This document shows, one piece after another, positions 40,120 through 53,684 of a stretch of DNA of 64,000 nucleotides. The stretch's first letter is position 1. Every line of letters begins with the position of its first letter. Location: NCBI GenBank assembly GCA_965649765.1, contig OZ287751.1, forward strand, positions 79,546,001-79,610,000, given 5' to 3'. Origin of the DNA: Bispira polyomma (Eukaryota). Made by a program: the position numbers and the translations under genes. The notes below the pieces were generated by a model. It was not told where the DNA came from. It worked only from the letters and a program-made list of their open reading frames with translations, and did no database searches.

Positions 40120-42616
40120 TATTTAAAAGTCCAGATTTAGTCACATTTAGCCTTTGTTTCCATTTAGCCAACAAGTGACCGGCGATTCTGTTTACTTTAC
40201 ATAGGTGCTAAATTACCAAATATATAACATACATGTAGATGTATACAGAATATTTAGTTTGAAATAAGTATATAAACAGTATTTAATAATTTTCTAGGAA
40301 TTGAATAAAATAGGACAGAATAATGGTTTTTTGAATGTTCATAAAATCCTCACTCAATTAAGGTATAAAATACATGCGAGAGTTTTTCATACAAATGCAA
40401 ACAATTTCCAGACTTAGAACAGGATTCTCATTTTTTTTTCAAAATGTACACAATTTGTTTGTCCTAAACAATGTATAGTTACAAACTAGTTATAAGTAAA
40501 GCCTTTTTGGGGAGGGAAATAATGATAGCAATATCCTGTGTGCTTTAATAAACGGTGTCATTATTTCAGACATAACAGTTATTTTTCTTTCATTTGTTCG
40601 TAATTGCTAACGTCACATTTTTTGGGGCAAAAGGTAATTATTAGGCACTGACAAATGCAATACATTGTGCAACAATGCAATTGTGCCAAAGTTGATAAAT
40701 TAATGGGAAAAAATGAAACCAGCGATTAAGGCCCAAACTATTGAGCGTTACCAATATACTTAATTTATATAATAATAAATTGTCAAACCCCTTTAAGTAA
40801 AATTCTGTTTAGTCAATTTCCCTTTTTTGGGAAGACAAACCTGTATTCTGACAAATGGCTTCTCTTTTCAAATCTACCCTGTTAAGTGGAAGTCCTTCTT
40901 TAGTAGAGGTATTTGTAACAGTCCTTTTACGTTTGACTTAAAGGAGGTCTAACTAACTATAAATCAAACGTAAAATCTGTATCATTCCATCTCCCTGTTA
41001 CAAATTATATAAGTTATATAAGTTTTTATAAGTGTACGGACATAAGGTTCTTGGGTAAAAATTTCTTTGCAATATGACTTTTTGGGGCAAACTGTTTCAG
41101 CTCTGGACTTTACAATACCTAATGAAACATTTTTTTACTTAATGTTAGTCTTTTACAAATTGTCTGGTCCTATTGTCTAGGTGCTATAGCAGTTGTCCAT
41201 TTAATATAACATGCTGTGTTGATTTGGAGCTCAGGTAAGGTTCAGAAGGCATTCTGATGCAATGAAGACAACACACATGTTAGTGCATCATGGCCGTGCA
41301 AAGATTTCTGTCTCTTCCCTGCCCCCTATCCATCCCCCCACGTCCCCCTCTGTCAATTACAGGTCTTATGACAATCAGCGTCATTACATAGTTGTAGGCA
41401 TGATGTAACTGTACACAAATTGACAACTTGTTCGTGTTTTACAAGTTTCGCCCCGGCCCTAATTTCCCCTGAAATCTGTCTGGTTTTTACTTCTTGTTTC
41501 CTAAATGACATCAATCTAGGTCAGAAGTGTAAGCGTACCTTTTGTCATTACAATAATAATTAGAGAAATATGACATTTTCTATTTTTTTGTTGTGAAACT
41601 ATGTTGTTTTAATTGCGGAGAGGTGGGGGGGAGGAAAACTTAGAGAAGACAGGGTTCTCAATAAATACCACAATGACATATTATTATTACAGTACCGGTA
41701 TCCGATGTTTATAATTAGTTGGATATGTAATTTAAGTCAATTGTGCCCATTACAAATATACTCTCTTCAGCTTGTCTGCTGATGGATTCTTTTTCATGTA
41801 CAGTCATCTCGTTAGAAGGTTAATGATTTTCAAAGTTTCTAATTTTTCTATAGCTTCCTCCACATTATACACAGGAGAGAAATCAAGCAATAATATTGAA
41901 ACAAAACTATAGTTTAGCTTTAATTGTTTATTTAGAGAAGAAGAACAACATTCTAGTGTTATATACCTTTGGCATGAAAGTTTCTATAAAGCACCTAACA
42001 CTGTTAATTGGGCCTTCACTTTTTCACAATCATCTCCTATATCCAATATTTTAATCACATAGTTTAAGTGAATTGAAAAACAGTGGAAGGGGTAAATAAC
42101 TACCAAATGTCCTTTACATATATATATGAACTTTATCCCGTTCATGGGTGCACTAATTAATAAACGACACCAGTTATTAAAGCGTGTAGGGTTTCCTCAC
42201 GCCAGGTGACAAGTTACCGTCTTTTCCCTCAAAAAATGTTCAGTTTACTTTTAATAAGCATTCTGCAGCAATTGTAACTCTTAAAAATAAGATCTATTGA
42301 GGAAAATCTGTATGTAACAAGGTAAATTGTTAGGTAATGGAATGATAATTTAAGATTTAGATGCATAGATTTTATGGCCACAACGTTCAAATATACATTT
42401 AACAAGATTTTAGGATATCACCTGAATTTGTCCAGAAACAAGAGATAAACCTATTAGTTAAGCCTAAAAGATAAGACGACTTTGACAACATATTTTCAGG
42501 AACTTTTGCAGATTCTAGTTCTATATTTGTTCCTCTTAATCTTTTTTTGCCTTTTGACATTAATAACAAAAATTGAGATCTCTATAGTATAACAAAATTC
42601 ATGTCACACTTCTTGC

Positions 42617-43448
42617 GATTCCCTATGATTTTGCCACACAATGATTTTGCCACACTTTTTACAGGGGGTATGATTTTGCCCTATTACCCTTTGATTTTGC
42701 CACACTTTTTTTAAAATATATTTTAAAATTGTTTTTAAATTGAAATTTTTTAAAAGAATATATTTTGGTAGAGTAAAATGTTCAAGTTTTTACATTTCTT
42801 TTGATGAATATATCATAAGTAATCCATTTAGCTAACCAAAGACCTTTTGAATTATCTACTTTTCTCAGATAACTGCTCAGGAACTTTTGTTGATTCCCTT
42901 TTATTATGTGTGAGACAAAGTAGAAAAGAAACATTAGTAACTGTTTTTTGCAATTTACAAATACCACAGTGGATAAGAGAGAGTGATTAATCTTAGAAAC
43001 TCTTTAATTTATAAATTTCCCTCAGATAACTGCTCAGGTGTACCTACTAAGGAAAGTTAATCAACTTTTAACTGATTGATAATGTAATGGCAATTTACAA
43101 ATAGTACAGTGACATAATGACATTATGTGTTTAAAATGAACTATAAAGTGCTTATTCTTTTTCTAAATGTTTTATAAGTGTAACAAACTGTCAAAAAAGT
43201 TTGGCAAAATATTTTAAAAATGAAGTTTATTATCTGTACAAAGGGATTTTTCCTTTTTTTATTACCTGTAATACAATTTTCTTTTTCAAAATGTAATTTT
43301 AGTGTAATAACTCCCCCAAAAAGTGTGGCAAAGTCAATGGATAATAGGGCTAAAAAAAGTGTGGCAAAATCAAGGGGTAATAGGGCCAAATCATACCCCC
43401 TGTAAAAAGTGTGGCAAAATCATTGTGTGGCAAAATCAACGGACACCC
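42617..43448. mobile_element. Mutator-like MITE with long TIRs and 9-bp TSD
   Basis: TIRs of ~100 bp built from TGATTTTGCCACAC repeats. TSD ACTTCTTGC at 42608-42616 and 43449-43457. Confidence 0.92.
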
Positions 43449-45733
43449 ACTTCTTGCATAGGTCTCTATCAGAATCGTTAGCGTTTAATGAAAGCTATAT
43501 TTTTAATTAGAAGCCAGAAACTGGAGGACCTCTGACATAATGATTTCAGTGATATACAACATTTGACATTGAGGGTCCACTGGCAGCGCCATAATTAATA
43601 CCCACTAGAGACCTCCATGTTAGAGCATTACAAGCAACGATTTCTTTTACGATTGATTGCCACCAGACAAATAAACAAAATTAAAATAAAGGATTTATGG
43701 TTGAGCTCAGCATCTAATTAGCATACTTATGAAAAGCTTAGGGAATTAATGGCTTTATTGTTCAACTTTCAATTTTCAACCCTTGAGTGACACTTTGACC
43801 CTTGGGTGAACTTTAAACTACTTCTCTACTGTCACAAACTGATTGGGCCCCATACAAAACAAGATTTAATTTTGGGATTTAATTGGTGAGAGACATTTAG
43901 CCTATGCTTTTCAAACTCACCATATATGAGGGGTGATGCATCATGAACAAATTGTTTTGTTAGAGCAGTTTTATTTTTGTAAAGTTTATAGGAACATTGC
44001 CATAATTGATCTTTGTTCTCTAAGATGCACAAGTGCAAGAAATCTCATTCTTCTTTTTCACCAATTGGGGTTTTATCTATTTTACATAACAGTAGAATTT
44101 GTTTTATCTATTTTACATAACAGTAGAATTTGTATAAGTAGATGATAATTACAGGGGAGGTCTTAAACTTTTAACACAGCAGGTTTTTTTTTAAATATTG
44201 TCACTTAAATTATTTATTTATTTAAGATTAAGATATGCTTAACCAGAAATAAAGTTTCAGTAAACATATATGGCAAAATGTTATTTAGTTCATTTTGAAC
44301 TGGTAAATGATACACTAGTATTGTTATATTGTTATTATTATAATACAATGTAACCGTAGCTCTTCCTAAAGCACTATGTATCTCAACAGACAAAAGAGAG
44401 TAAATGAGTTTGTGACTAATGTGACACATGATATATAAAGAAAAAAAATACCATACTTACTTAATCTTATGCAATAACACATACATAGAAAAGTCTATAA
44501 TTGAGGCCATGAATAACTGGTCTGACACTAATAGTGGTGGTTGAAGTCGGAGCTGAATTAGAAGGCTAACAAGCTAATAATGGCCGCATTGGACAAAAGG
44601 TTACCACTTATTGGGAAAAATCTTGAAATATCTGTACCATTAGAAAGCACTCTCTACAAAACATTCATGCATCCTTCATAAGATTTATTTGCCACTACTA
44701 CACTAATATTACTTATTGAAAGGCACGTCTCTTCTAAGTTTGTTTTTTTTTTTTTCAAAGTTTTTTTTTTCAAATTCATCAGATTTGATTAGCAAATAAG
44801 TCTACTAGGTGAGATTTGTAAAATGGACAATCTGCAGATCTTTCCCCAAAAATATGAAAAAAAATTCATGAAAATTATAGACATAAACAAGACATTTGAT
44901 ACTACAAAACAGTGCTCGAGAAGGCAATTTTGCTTTATAAAATCAGGCAGTCTGATTAAAGTCCAATCAATAGCTGACAAAAAAACGGGCTTAAGAACCT
45001 TTACCCGACTTCAATTAAAGTCGGGGCAATAGAGAAAATGAATAAGAGGACAGATGATATGTGTTGTGAGCACTAGAAGGTCAAAGGCTTTACTAAATTA
45101 CACTGTCCACTACTCCCTGGAGAGAGAAGTTCTTTGACATTGTAAGACCTAAAGGTTTGAAGGTGGGTGTGTGGGGTGGGGACTTGGGTCTGTTGTCCCC
45201 CAAGGGTATTACATGCCCCTAAGCTTCAGAGAATAAGAACTCCCCCCTTCAATTTACTGCCTTTTTGGCACTTTGTTTTTACCTTTTCATGCAATATCTG
45301 GTATCACATAATATTACTTGGCGACTTGAATACACTTTTTTCTATACATGAGCTTACTTATACACAAGGCTGACTTTTGCAACCACCAGCACCTTATTCT
45401 TTTCTTCTCTTTAAGCCCCTGGTCAAGTGTTTTGTTCTTTGAACATGAATGTGTCTACATGTGTGCATGTGTGTTGTGTAGAAAAGGGATTAAGTTCAAA
45501 CTTTAAGCTATTGTAAACTATTATACCATGGCACTCTGATATCATCTGATGATCAAAAGTATTAAGAGGCACAGAAGATATTTGTCTCATTATATAGGCA
45601 TGATCACTTGGCATCTTTACAACAGATTTTGAAAAATAAAACAAAATAATTGTCACTTCAAGAGAGATTATATAGCATGCCTGCTACCCTTGCTGGTATT
45701 CTCTCTCTCTCATACAATGTCACAGTATAATAT

Positions 45734-45968
45734 AGAAAAAGGATCTAAAATCTAAATTCGCCACTCTATTTGAAATTCGCCACCTGGCAAATGTCGTGTT
45801 TTTTGGTAGGATTGTGGGTAATATTTGCTGTTTTGCAATTTTTGTGACTATTTTGCCTTACTTACCTAAAGTCTAGTTATTTTTGGCCAGTTTTTAGTAA
45901 TTTGACTAAAATTTTATGGTGGGGGTGGCGAATTTCAGATACAGTGGCGACTTTTAAATTCCTTACTC
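45734..45968. mobile_element. AGAGTAAGGAATC-family MITE
   Basis: AAATTCGCCACT...GAAATTCGCCAC paired with GTGGCGAATTTC...CAGTGGCG...ATTCCTTACTC. Confidence 0.8.
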
Positions 45969-46066
45969 CACAATTCAAGACAAAACAGGAGACTTGGGTA
46001 AATATTGTAACGTCCATCATAAGATAAATCTGTCATAAATCAGCGGACTCCATTGATCATGACCCT

Positions 46067-46130
46067 GACTATGCGTGGCTCTGTGTGTGGCTGTATGTGT
46101 GTGGCTGTATGGGTGGCTGTATGTGTGTGT
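46067..46130. repeat. Short minisatellite (GTGTGGCTGTAT-like, ~4 copies)
   Basis: Directly visible. Confidence 0.75.
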
Positions 46131-47766
46131 TCTACATACTACTCTATATACTTGCAGGTCCTTCAGTGTACATTTTGTCACTTTGTGGAGTTATATTCTT
46201 TATTAGCCACTTTATCACTGGGCCACAGATTACAACAAAAACTCAAGAAATTGCCTGGTAGCTAGTTTTTTCTAAGTTTATTTATTTTAGAAAGATTTTA
46301 TTATACTTTAAAGGAATTTCTGGTTGTATGTTTTCAAATGGTTTGTATCTTATCATCATAGATTATTTAAACTAGTTTTAATATATATTTTTTTTTAATA
46401 AAACTGTTCCTTTTAACATCATCACATATTTCTTTTGAAATATTATCCTTTTAATTACTACACACACCCATAAATGTATTCTGTTTTTTTTTTTGTTCTA
46501 AAACTTAAAGCAAAATGTTTAGCATACCATATACCTGACATTGAGCTGTGTAAAATCTCTTTATATAGCATACCTTTCAAATAGAATGACAAGAATATTT
46601 GATAGGAAACAGCTTTTAATCATCAAAACGTGTTGCACTGAGTTAAATTATTTAACTTACATAATGATAATTTTGGTCAATTTATAACACTTCAATGGTT
46701 AAATGAATGTGATTCATCTTCTCTAAATGATTTTGAAAACCTTCAACACTATAGAGTAATAAATTACTTTCCATTACAACCTGACTGCTGAAGTAATAAT
46801 GATATTAGACAAAACTCAGAGCCAGAGTGATTGTGTTTTCATAGCTTCTTTTCAACTTAAACTCCCACATCAAATATACACAGATTTTTCAATTATGTTC
46901 AAGCTAATTGTGACTTCTCTCCTAAGTTAATTATTGTAATTTAAAACCCTACCTTTTGAAAATATAAAAAAATATACATTGGAAGAGTCCAACTCTTTCG
47001 CGCTACAGATATTTCATTCCTTTTTTTACTTAATCAAGCCTGACTCCACTCGTAATATACAGTGTAATATTTATAGATGAACAGGAATCTTAAAATATTA
47101 CCCCACATCTAAAAGTTTTATAAACATGGTAAAAAGACAAAACAAAATTAATCAAAACAGAACAAAAATCTATTTACAAATATTTATTTTTGGTGCTAAA
47201 ACTTTGCAAGACATTGAGACCACATTTTCTGACCCGACTGCTCTAAATTTTATTACTAGGTGGCAAATTTGCGTGGCTTTACTGTGTCTCTGCACATTGA
47301 CATGAAAAGCTCAGACCTGAGGTGTTAAAGCCTGCTCATTAATGGACCTTCCAGCTTTGTGCAGGTATGCGTTAATGAGATGCGACCAGGCTACTCCTTT
47401 TTATTTTCTGATTAATATCAGTCTCTCCCCTCTGTGTGCCAAATGTTAGAAGACCACCACGGCCACAGATGTGGGCTGTCCTCAAGCCGATCTGTGTGTG
47501 TGTGTGTGTGTGTGGTGGGGGGGGGGGGGGGTGTATCACACAAGTAAAGACACATACTTTCTACTACTCACTGGTCTCTTACTTAACAATGGCCCTAGCT
47601 TTTACATCCCTTTATTGTATTGGGTCTTCTTGTCAGTTTATGCTGTGTTTTTTTATTAAAGAAAAGGATTTGTTTTTAAATACACATTTCCCTTGAGTAT
47701 TAACGGTTATGGTCTTGAAGTCAAGACCACCATTGGAGATATAATAGTTTTGCATGTTTTTAGTCT

Positions 47767-48105
47767 CAGGGCTACAGATAACTGGTTACTTCAGTTGCTA
47801 GTCTACTCCTCAGTCTAAAGAATGATTTGAGTACTGAGCAAATTAGAGGTGATAGAAAGCTAGAAATCTCACAAGAGTTGAGTAAAATTGCTTTAATTCA
47901 AATAATATACGTATGATTTGATGTATTTTGTTTGCAAATTGAGCTTTTCTAGTACTTTTCTTTGTAAATATTAGGGAGTATTGTCCTTAAATCGCGCTTT
48001 TCTAGTACTAATTTTTTTGTAAATAATAGGGAGTATATTAGGGAGTATAGCTCTTTAAAATATGAGTAAAATACTCCGTACTCTCGCTTATCTGTAGCAG
48101 CCCTG
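47767..48105. mobile_element. hAT-like MITE
   Basis: Termini CAGGGCTACAGATAA and TTATCTGTAG(CAG)CCCTG, with internal GAGTA/TACTC repeats. TSD not evident. Confidence 0.7.
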
Positions 48106-48134
48106 AAATCTACTGTAGAGTAAACAGTATAATT

Positions 48135-48210
48135 ACATGTATATCAGCGCATTAGAGGATTTTTATCTATTTTGTGCTATATAAATGCTTCTATTATTAT
48201 TATTATTAAT
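48135..48210 (+). mobile_element. 3' tail of L2/CR1-type LINE or partner SINE
   Basis: CAGCGCATTAGAG...GTGCTATATAAAT...(TAT)n tail. Confidence 0.55.
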
Positions 48211-51200
48211 ATGTATTATGCAGAATGATAAGTGCATATGGAATGTGTTGTTTTTAGACCATATTTGATATTCCTACTTTTAACTATTTGACAATAAAAT
48301 TTCGGAGACAACAAAAAGCCATATTAAAGAACAGAAGACTAAGGGGGGTGGGGTGGAATATGGTGTAAAGTTGGTGGAATTATTGATTGTAGCCTCCTCC
48401 ACCTGATTAAGGATTATGATTTATCATCTCTTGGCAGTGGTCAATATTACAGCTTAGACAATACATAAGATACATGTGGTGCACCCAATAATTGTCTTAA
48501 TTGCTGACACAGACTTTACACGTTATTGAAATTTATTTTCTTTGATCGTTATTTACTATACTATATAGAATGTCATTTGTAATGTCATTACTCAATTACT
48601 CAATATAACACCCAACTTTCAGAAGCTATAGAAGCTATGAAAATAAAAAAATGCATAAAAAATAGTAAGGAAATGAAATATTGGAACTGAACTTGAATAC
48701 AGTTGATAACATATATGATAAGTAAGAAAAGATGTCATTTCAAAATGCACCTTTTTTTCTTGTCAAATTCTTTAGAAAAACAAAAAGGTTAAAAATGAAA
48801 CCCACTAGTGCAGACCTGTTAATGTTACATTAGACTCATTATCTACAAGTTTTATACTCTTACCACACAACAAACAGAACAAAAACGTGTCTATCTTATC
48901 TACTAATGAAGGGATTGGAACATGCAAATTCTGTTTTTTTAGGGAAATATTATATTCTGGGAAATACTGAATACAGAGCTTGTTATCTGATAAGCTGACA
49001 ACAATGTCCCATTTTGGGGATATAATTTTGTGGCAATTAAAAACATATAAACTTTATCAAAAAAAATACCCGCCAGTTATTTGGTTTACAAATACATGTA
49101 TATAATAGATCTAAACATGAGTCTGTAATACACACTGTATTTAAAGGCTTTTTAAATGACAGGAAATGGTTAATATAAAATTCCTACTTCAATAGTCCTT
49201 GCAAGGTGTGTGGAAAAGTAGCAATAAAACTGCTACTGCATTTGTCTTATCTCTGTTTCAGTTATCAGTGGATCCTAATTACCTATTATAGGGGGCTTTA
49301 TATATAAATATTCAGGACAGCACTTAATTTGCATACTGGTATAATACACATGAATAAAAAAAGATAAGTCAATTGTAAGAAGTGTAATAAAACTGTGAAG
49401 TATATTATTCCAATTAGCATGGTCAAATGTTTGCAGCTGGCTGAAGCAGTAACTTTATCTGATATATATCTTTCTTTTATTTTTTTCTTTCTTGATAACA
49501 GAACAGCAAATCAAACTCCACCCATATTAGATGATGGTTGATATCTATTGTAATCCTGTTAACTGCTACCTTATCCTTATCTTTATATCAATTAAACCAA
49601 ACATGGAAGTATAAAACTTATTATAGTTTTTCTATCAGCATAGACCGGAAAAATTAGTAATTCAATTTTAGGACTCTTAATATTTTTTAGGGGAGTGATA
49701 AAATGACAAATTTAAACACAGCACTGAAACTGAAATGTATGAAATAACTTCCCATTTATATCACACAATGGAATTAAATATACTGATAACATAAGATATC
49801 TACAAACTTTGATGAAGTTTGGGTATTTACATTTGGAAATTGGTCAAATTTGACAATTTTTAGTGAACTCTGGTTTTACAATAAGAATAAGCAGGTCTTA
49901 GTTACATAAAGCACCAAGGTACCGGTAATAAAAAATCCTAGGTGCTGGATTCTCCCCCAAAAAATTGTCCACAAAAAATACACTTATCACACAGCTTCTA
50001 CCAAGGGGAGGAAAACCGTTTATATGTCTGTAGGCTCAGCAATTTGTGGCACATTTTCAGCTCCTTATTGTAAAATGGTTCATTTGACCTCATATGACTT
50101 CTGTTTTTAAAATTGTCGGGTTTTAGTCCTAGTTCTGTGTAGATATAAAATACATTAAAAAAAATTCTATTTTATCACTGAAAGTAGGAAGTAAATGGTT
50201 ATCTGTGTGTAAGTTATATATTGAGTGGGGGGAGGGGGGGTGGTATACTGTTAGTTCCTTTAGTGTAAATTTTTATCTCTTAATTTCACAACATTACTCT
50301 CTATAAGAGAAAAAAGTAGCCAGGGTTTAAAAATTGTCCCCATATTTACCAAAAAGGTCTTGCACTTAAAAACTCACAATATTCATTTCAAAATATACGT
50401 GTCCTGATGTATATCTTTGTGCACAAGGAAGATATCTACATAAAAAACTGCTATTTTTGGTATAAAACTACAAGAAAAATATAAAAACTTGGCAGAGTGG
50501 AAATGTGTTTATCTAATTGAATATTTTTCTGATAATAAATGTTCATATAACAGAGGTTTGACTTTATGTATTTTATACTTTTATAGACACATCATTCTAT
50601 ATACTGTAACAGTTGTTGAGGACATGCATGACATGCCTACTGAATCAAAAGTGTATTAACTAACTTTTACTTCACTTCCTCAGCTAGGTTTTTCGTTAAA
50701 ACATGAATATCCCCTCAACTAATAGAGTATTTATGCAAAGTATTGCAAACGTTTTATTTAGTTCTTATATGTTAAAAAAAGATGTATTGATTTAAAAAAA
50801 AAAAAGTAACAAGTGAAACATACTGCAAGAAATTTGATTTATGCCAGTCTGCCTGATCCTAATCACAGTTGCAAATATAAATCTTAAATTAATTCTAACT
50901 AAATGGGGGGGGGGGGTCACAAAAAAAGCCTATATAAAGAAGGTTTGTTGAGAAAAGGAAGTGTCAAATTACGCCACTATTTAAGCAAGTACAAAACCTC
51001 ATTAAAAAGGGTCTCTTACTATAAAAATCGGAAAAATATAAATAATCTGAACCACATTTCCATGTTTCCTGTTTCCTCTAATTATATGAAATCTTTTTGA
51101 CAACACACTCGGCCCAATGATGATGATTAGTAAAAAAAAGCTATAAGAAAAAACGAGGACACATACATTGTACTTAGAAAGAGAGGGAGAGGGGGGGGGG

Positions 51201-52360
51201 AGGGGGGGGGGGAGAATAAAAAGCTTTTATAAAAGAGAATCTACACAATTACAACTTTTATTCAAGTCACTCACTTTTATTCAAGTCACTCACTTTAGGC
51301 CCTCATTTTTATATAATCTTGTGTTGTTTTTTATGGCGACCATATTCAAAAATTTTCGTCGACCAAGTGTATATCAAAACTTCATGAAGTCATCTATCTC
51401 TCTACATTAAGCATACAAAATACAAAACTGACTAGATGTCATTTTTATATCTCAAACACAATCCTTGTTTGGAATTATCTGGTATGGCTGAAAAGCTCAA
51501 AACAATAAACTTTCCACCACTGTATTTAAGTCACATAACACAGAAGAAAACTTAGGACACACATTGTATACAGTACAGTGGCAATTTTTAGCTGGAATAA
51601 AAATTGTACCAATTTACAATTTCTAAGGAACTCACTAGAATTACTTTTTACTATTGGGCCACTTTTTAACTTATCTCCAGAAACAGATTTAACTGTTTAC
51701 TGGGAATTATTTTCCATAAAACAATCTGCTCAGTATAATACAATATGAACACATATAGCTAAATATTTAAATTCCAACCCACACTTGCCACTTGTATAGT
51801 AAGTAGTATGTGTATGAGCAATCAAAGATTCAAGTAGTTTGCAGATTAGAAAGAGACAAGTATTATTAGCGAGTGATGTACCAGCAAGGCGATTGGTTTC
51901 ATTGCTTGCACAAACAAGTAATAACTCATATTTGCATTACACTAATATTGTATGGGAATGTATTTGGCACATTAAATGCTGATTTTTATGTTATTATATT
52001 CAGGCCAACCATACACAAGGCGAGTTAAATTTTTAAATTAATTTGTAAAATTTGACCAACGTGCCTCACATCATATGCAAATGGGGGTGTACATAGATAA
52101 TTGAGTTGCTAAAATCTCCACTCATTTTGCTGGGATATTGTTATTATTGAAGGATTTATAAGGTGCCAAATTGATGCAAATCTTCTAAGGGGCTGCTTGT
52201 CTCCTGAAAGGGACCTTCAATGAGAAGGAAAAAAAAGTCAATGAGAAGGAAAAAAAAGTCATCACCAGAATCGCACATCCTCACTCGAGTCTGCAAAGAC
52301 CTACATACACACATAGAAAATCAGTAATACACACACCACAATCAAAGAGCTGAGTCTTAC

Positions 52361-53684
52361 CTTCTTCAAACCCAAGATGGTCTTCATCTTTGAGCTCCTT
52401 CACAAGAAAGATGACATCAGCATTGAACTCCACCTCACGGCCTTGTTCTTGCTGCTGTAGGATCTTGATGCTCTCATTCCTCATGTGGATCATGGTCTTC
52501 ACATGGTCAATGAGCCCCACCTTGGACCTACAGTTGGCCTTGCACAGGGCACAATGGTAGTAGCGCTTCTTCACGTTCAGCTCGGCTTCCCACTTTTGGA
52601 GATGGTGGAACAGTTTGGCACTGGACTCATGTCTCGGCGTTGAGTTGTGCAGCTGTAGCTTGTGAATACTGTTAGTGTAGTAGTTGCACGCAATACAGCG
52701 CACCTGCACTGGATTGCTGATATTTGCAAAGTACTTCATCTGCCACTCATCACTGCTGCCATGCTGACTCCCTTCGCGGATGTGATTCACCAGCTGAAGA
52801 CGCTGCAGATGCTTGTCCGTCTTACAGTGCAGCTGGAAGTTGGCCTTAAGGTTTGTCTTGTACTGACACAGGTTGCAGATGTAGGTGCCATTGATGACGG
52901 TGACGTGTTCCTCGTTACCATGCTTGGTACGGTCCAGCTGCATGTGAGTATGTAAAGACTCCAATGAATCGGCAGAGTAGCTGTCGCAGATGGTGCACTG
53001 AAACAACTTGGACGCTTCGTTGTTGTTCTTAAAGTCCAAGCATTTTGGATTTATCTGTTCATTCTCCTGCTTGGTCAGATCCATGGGACCTTCTGAAGAC
53101 AGGGGATTTGGCAAACCGGGAGGCATCAGCATACTGGGATCAAACGGAAATGGTGGCACACCGGTGTGTCCAATCGCTGTTGGCAATCCATACATCATTC
53201 CTGGATCTGGACCCATAAGAGCCATTTGATTCAGTTGAAAGTGCATGTCTCTCTGCATGTGCTTTACATTCTGTTGCAGCATCATCATGTTATGAGTATG
53301 TTTCTCACTAGTCATGTGGATTCTTAGGTTCCTGGCCACATTTGTCTCATAGTTACACACATCACACCTCCATGATGGCTTTGGTTTCTGGGTGGACTTG
53401 GTGGCTGCAGCTTGGGCACCTTTAAAGCTGTTCTCAACACTCATAGAACTAGTGGTGGCACTTACGGGTGGGGTTGTGGGTGGAATATGGACCTCCATGC
53501 TGACTGTGCTACTAATAGGGCTAATGTGGTTCCCATTTGGGGTTGAGGGTGTTTGTGGCAACTGAGACGGCGGCACACTGCCAGAAGCCTGAGCTTTCTG
53601 GAGTTCTTGCATGTTGTTAATGTGTTTGTCAGACTGCATATGGATGCTCAGATTACCCTTGGTTGTTGTGGAGTAATTGCATAC
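52361..53684 (-). CDS. ZFHX4: ZFHX3/4 (zfh-2)-like coding exon (1324 nt), C2H2 zinc-finger cluster
   Basis: Acceptor TTTTCTATATTTAAAG|GTA restores RCE|VCNYSTTTKGNLSIHMQSDKH. Also WRCDVCNYETNVARNLRIHMTSEKH, CNLCQYKTNLKANFQLHCKTDKH and YYHCALC. Donor GAAG|GTAAGA, phase 1. Confidence 0.96.

Larger units (their letters stand above)
1..52360 (-). other. Very large intron of the ZFHX gene (>52 kb); homeodomain exons lie beyond the window
   Basis: Donor at 52360. I find no ZFHX-like coding sequence on the minus strand between there and position 1. Small exons could have been missed. Confidence 0.75.

Noticed and set aside
46155-46265. Plus-strand acceptor followed by VLQCTFCH (CxxC)
   Set aside because: Wrong strand for the gene, His spacing is not C2H2, and the ORF begins in a minisatellite.
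44070-52262. Small exact duplications (31 bp at ~44071, 19 bp at ~51254, 21 bp at ~52218)
   Set aside because: Ordinary slippage duplications with no sign of function.
52281-52360. ORF-track C-terminal extension (KTQLFDCGVC...), which resembles a finger start
   Set aside because: It is read-through past a good donor and has no His ligands. The same applies to 54198-54263.
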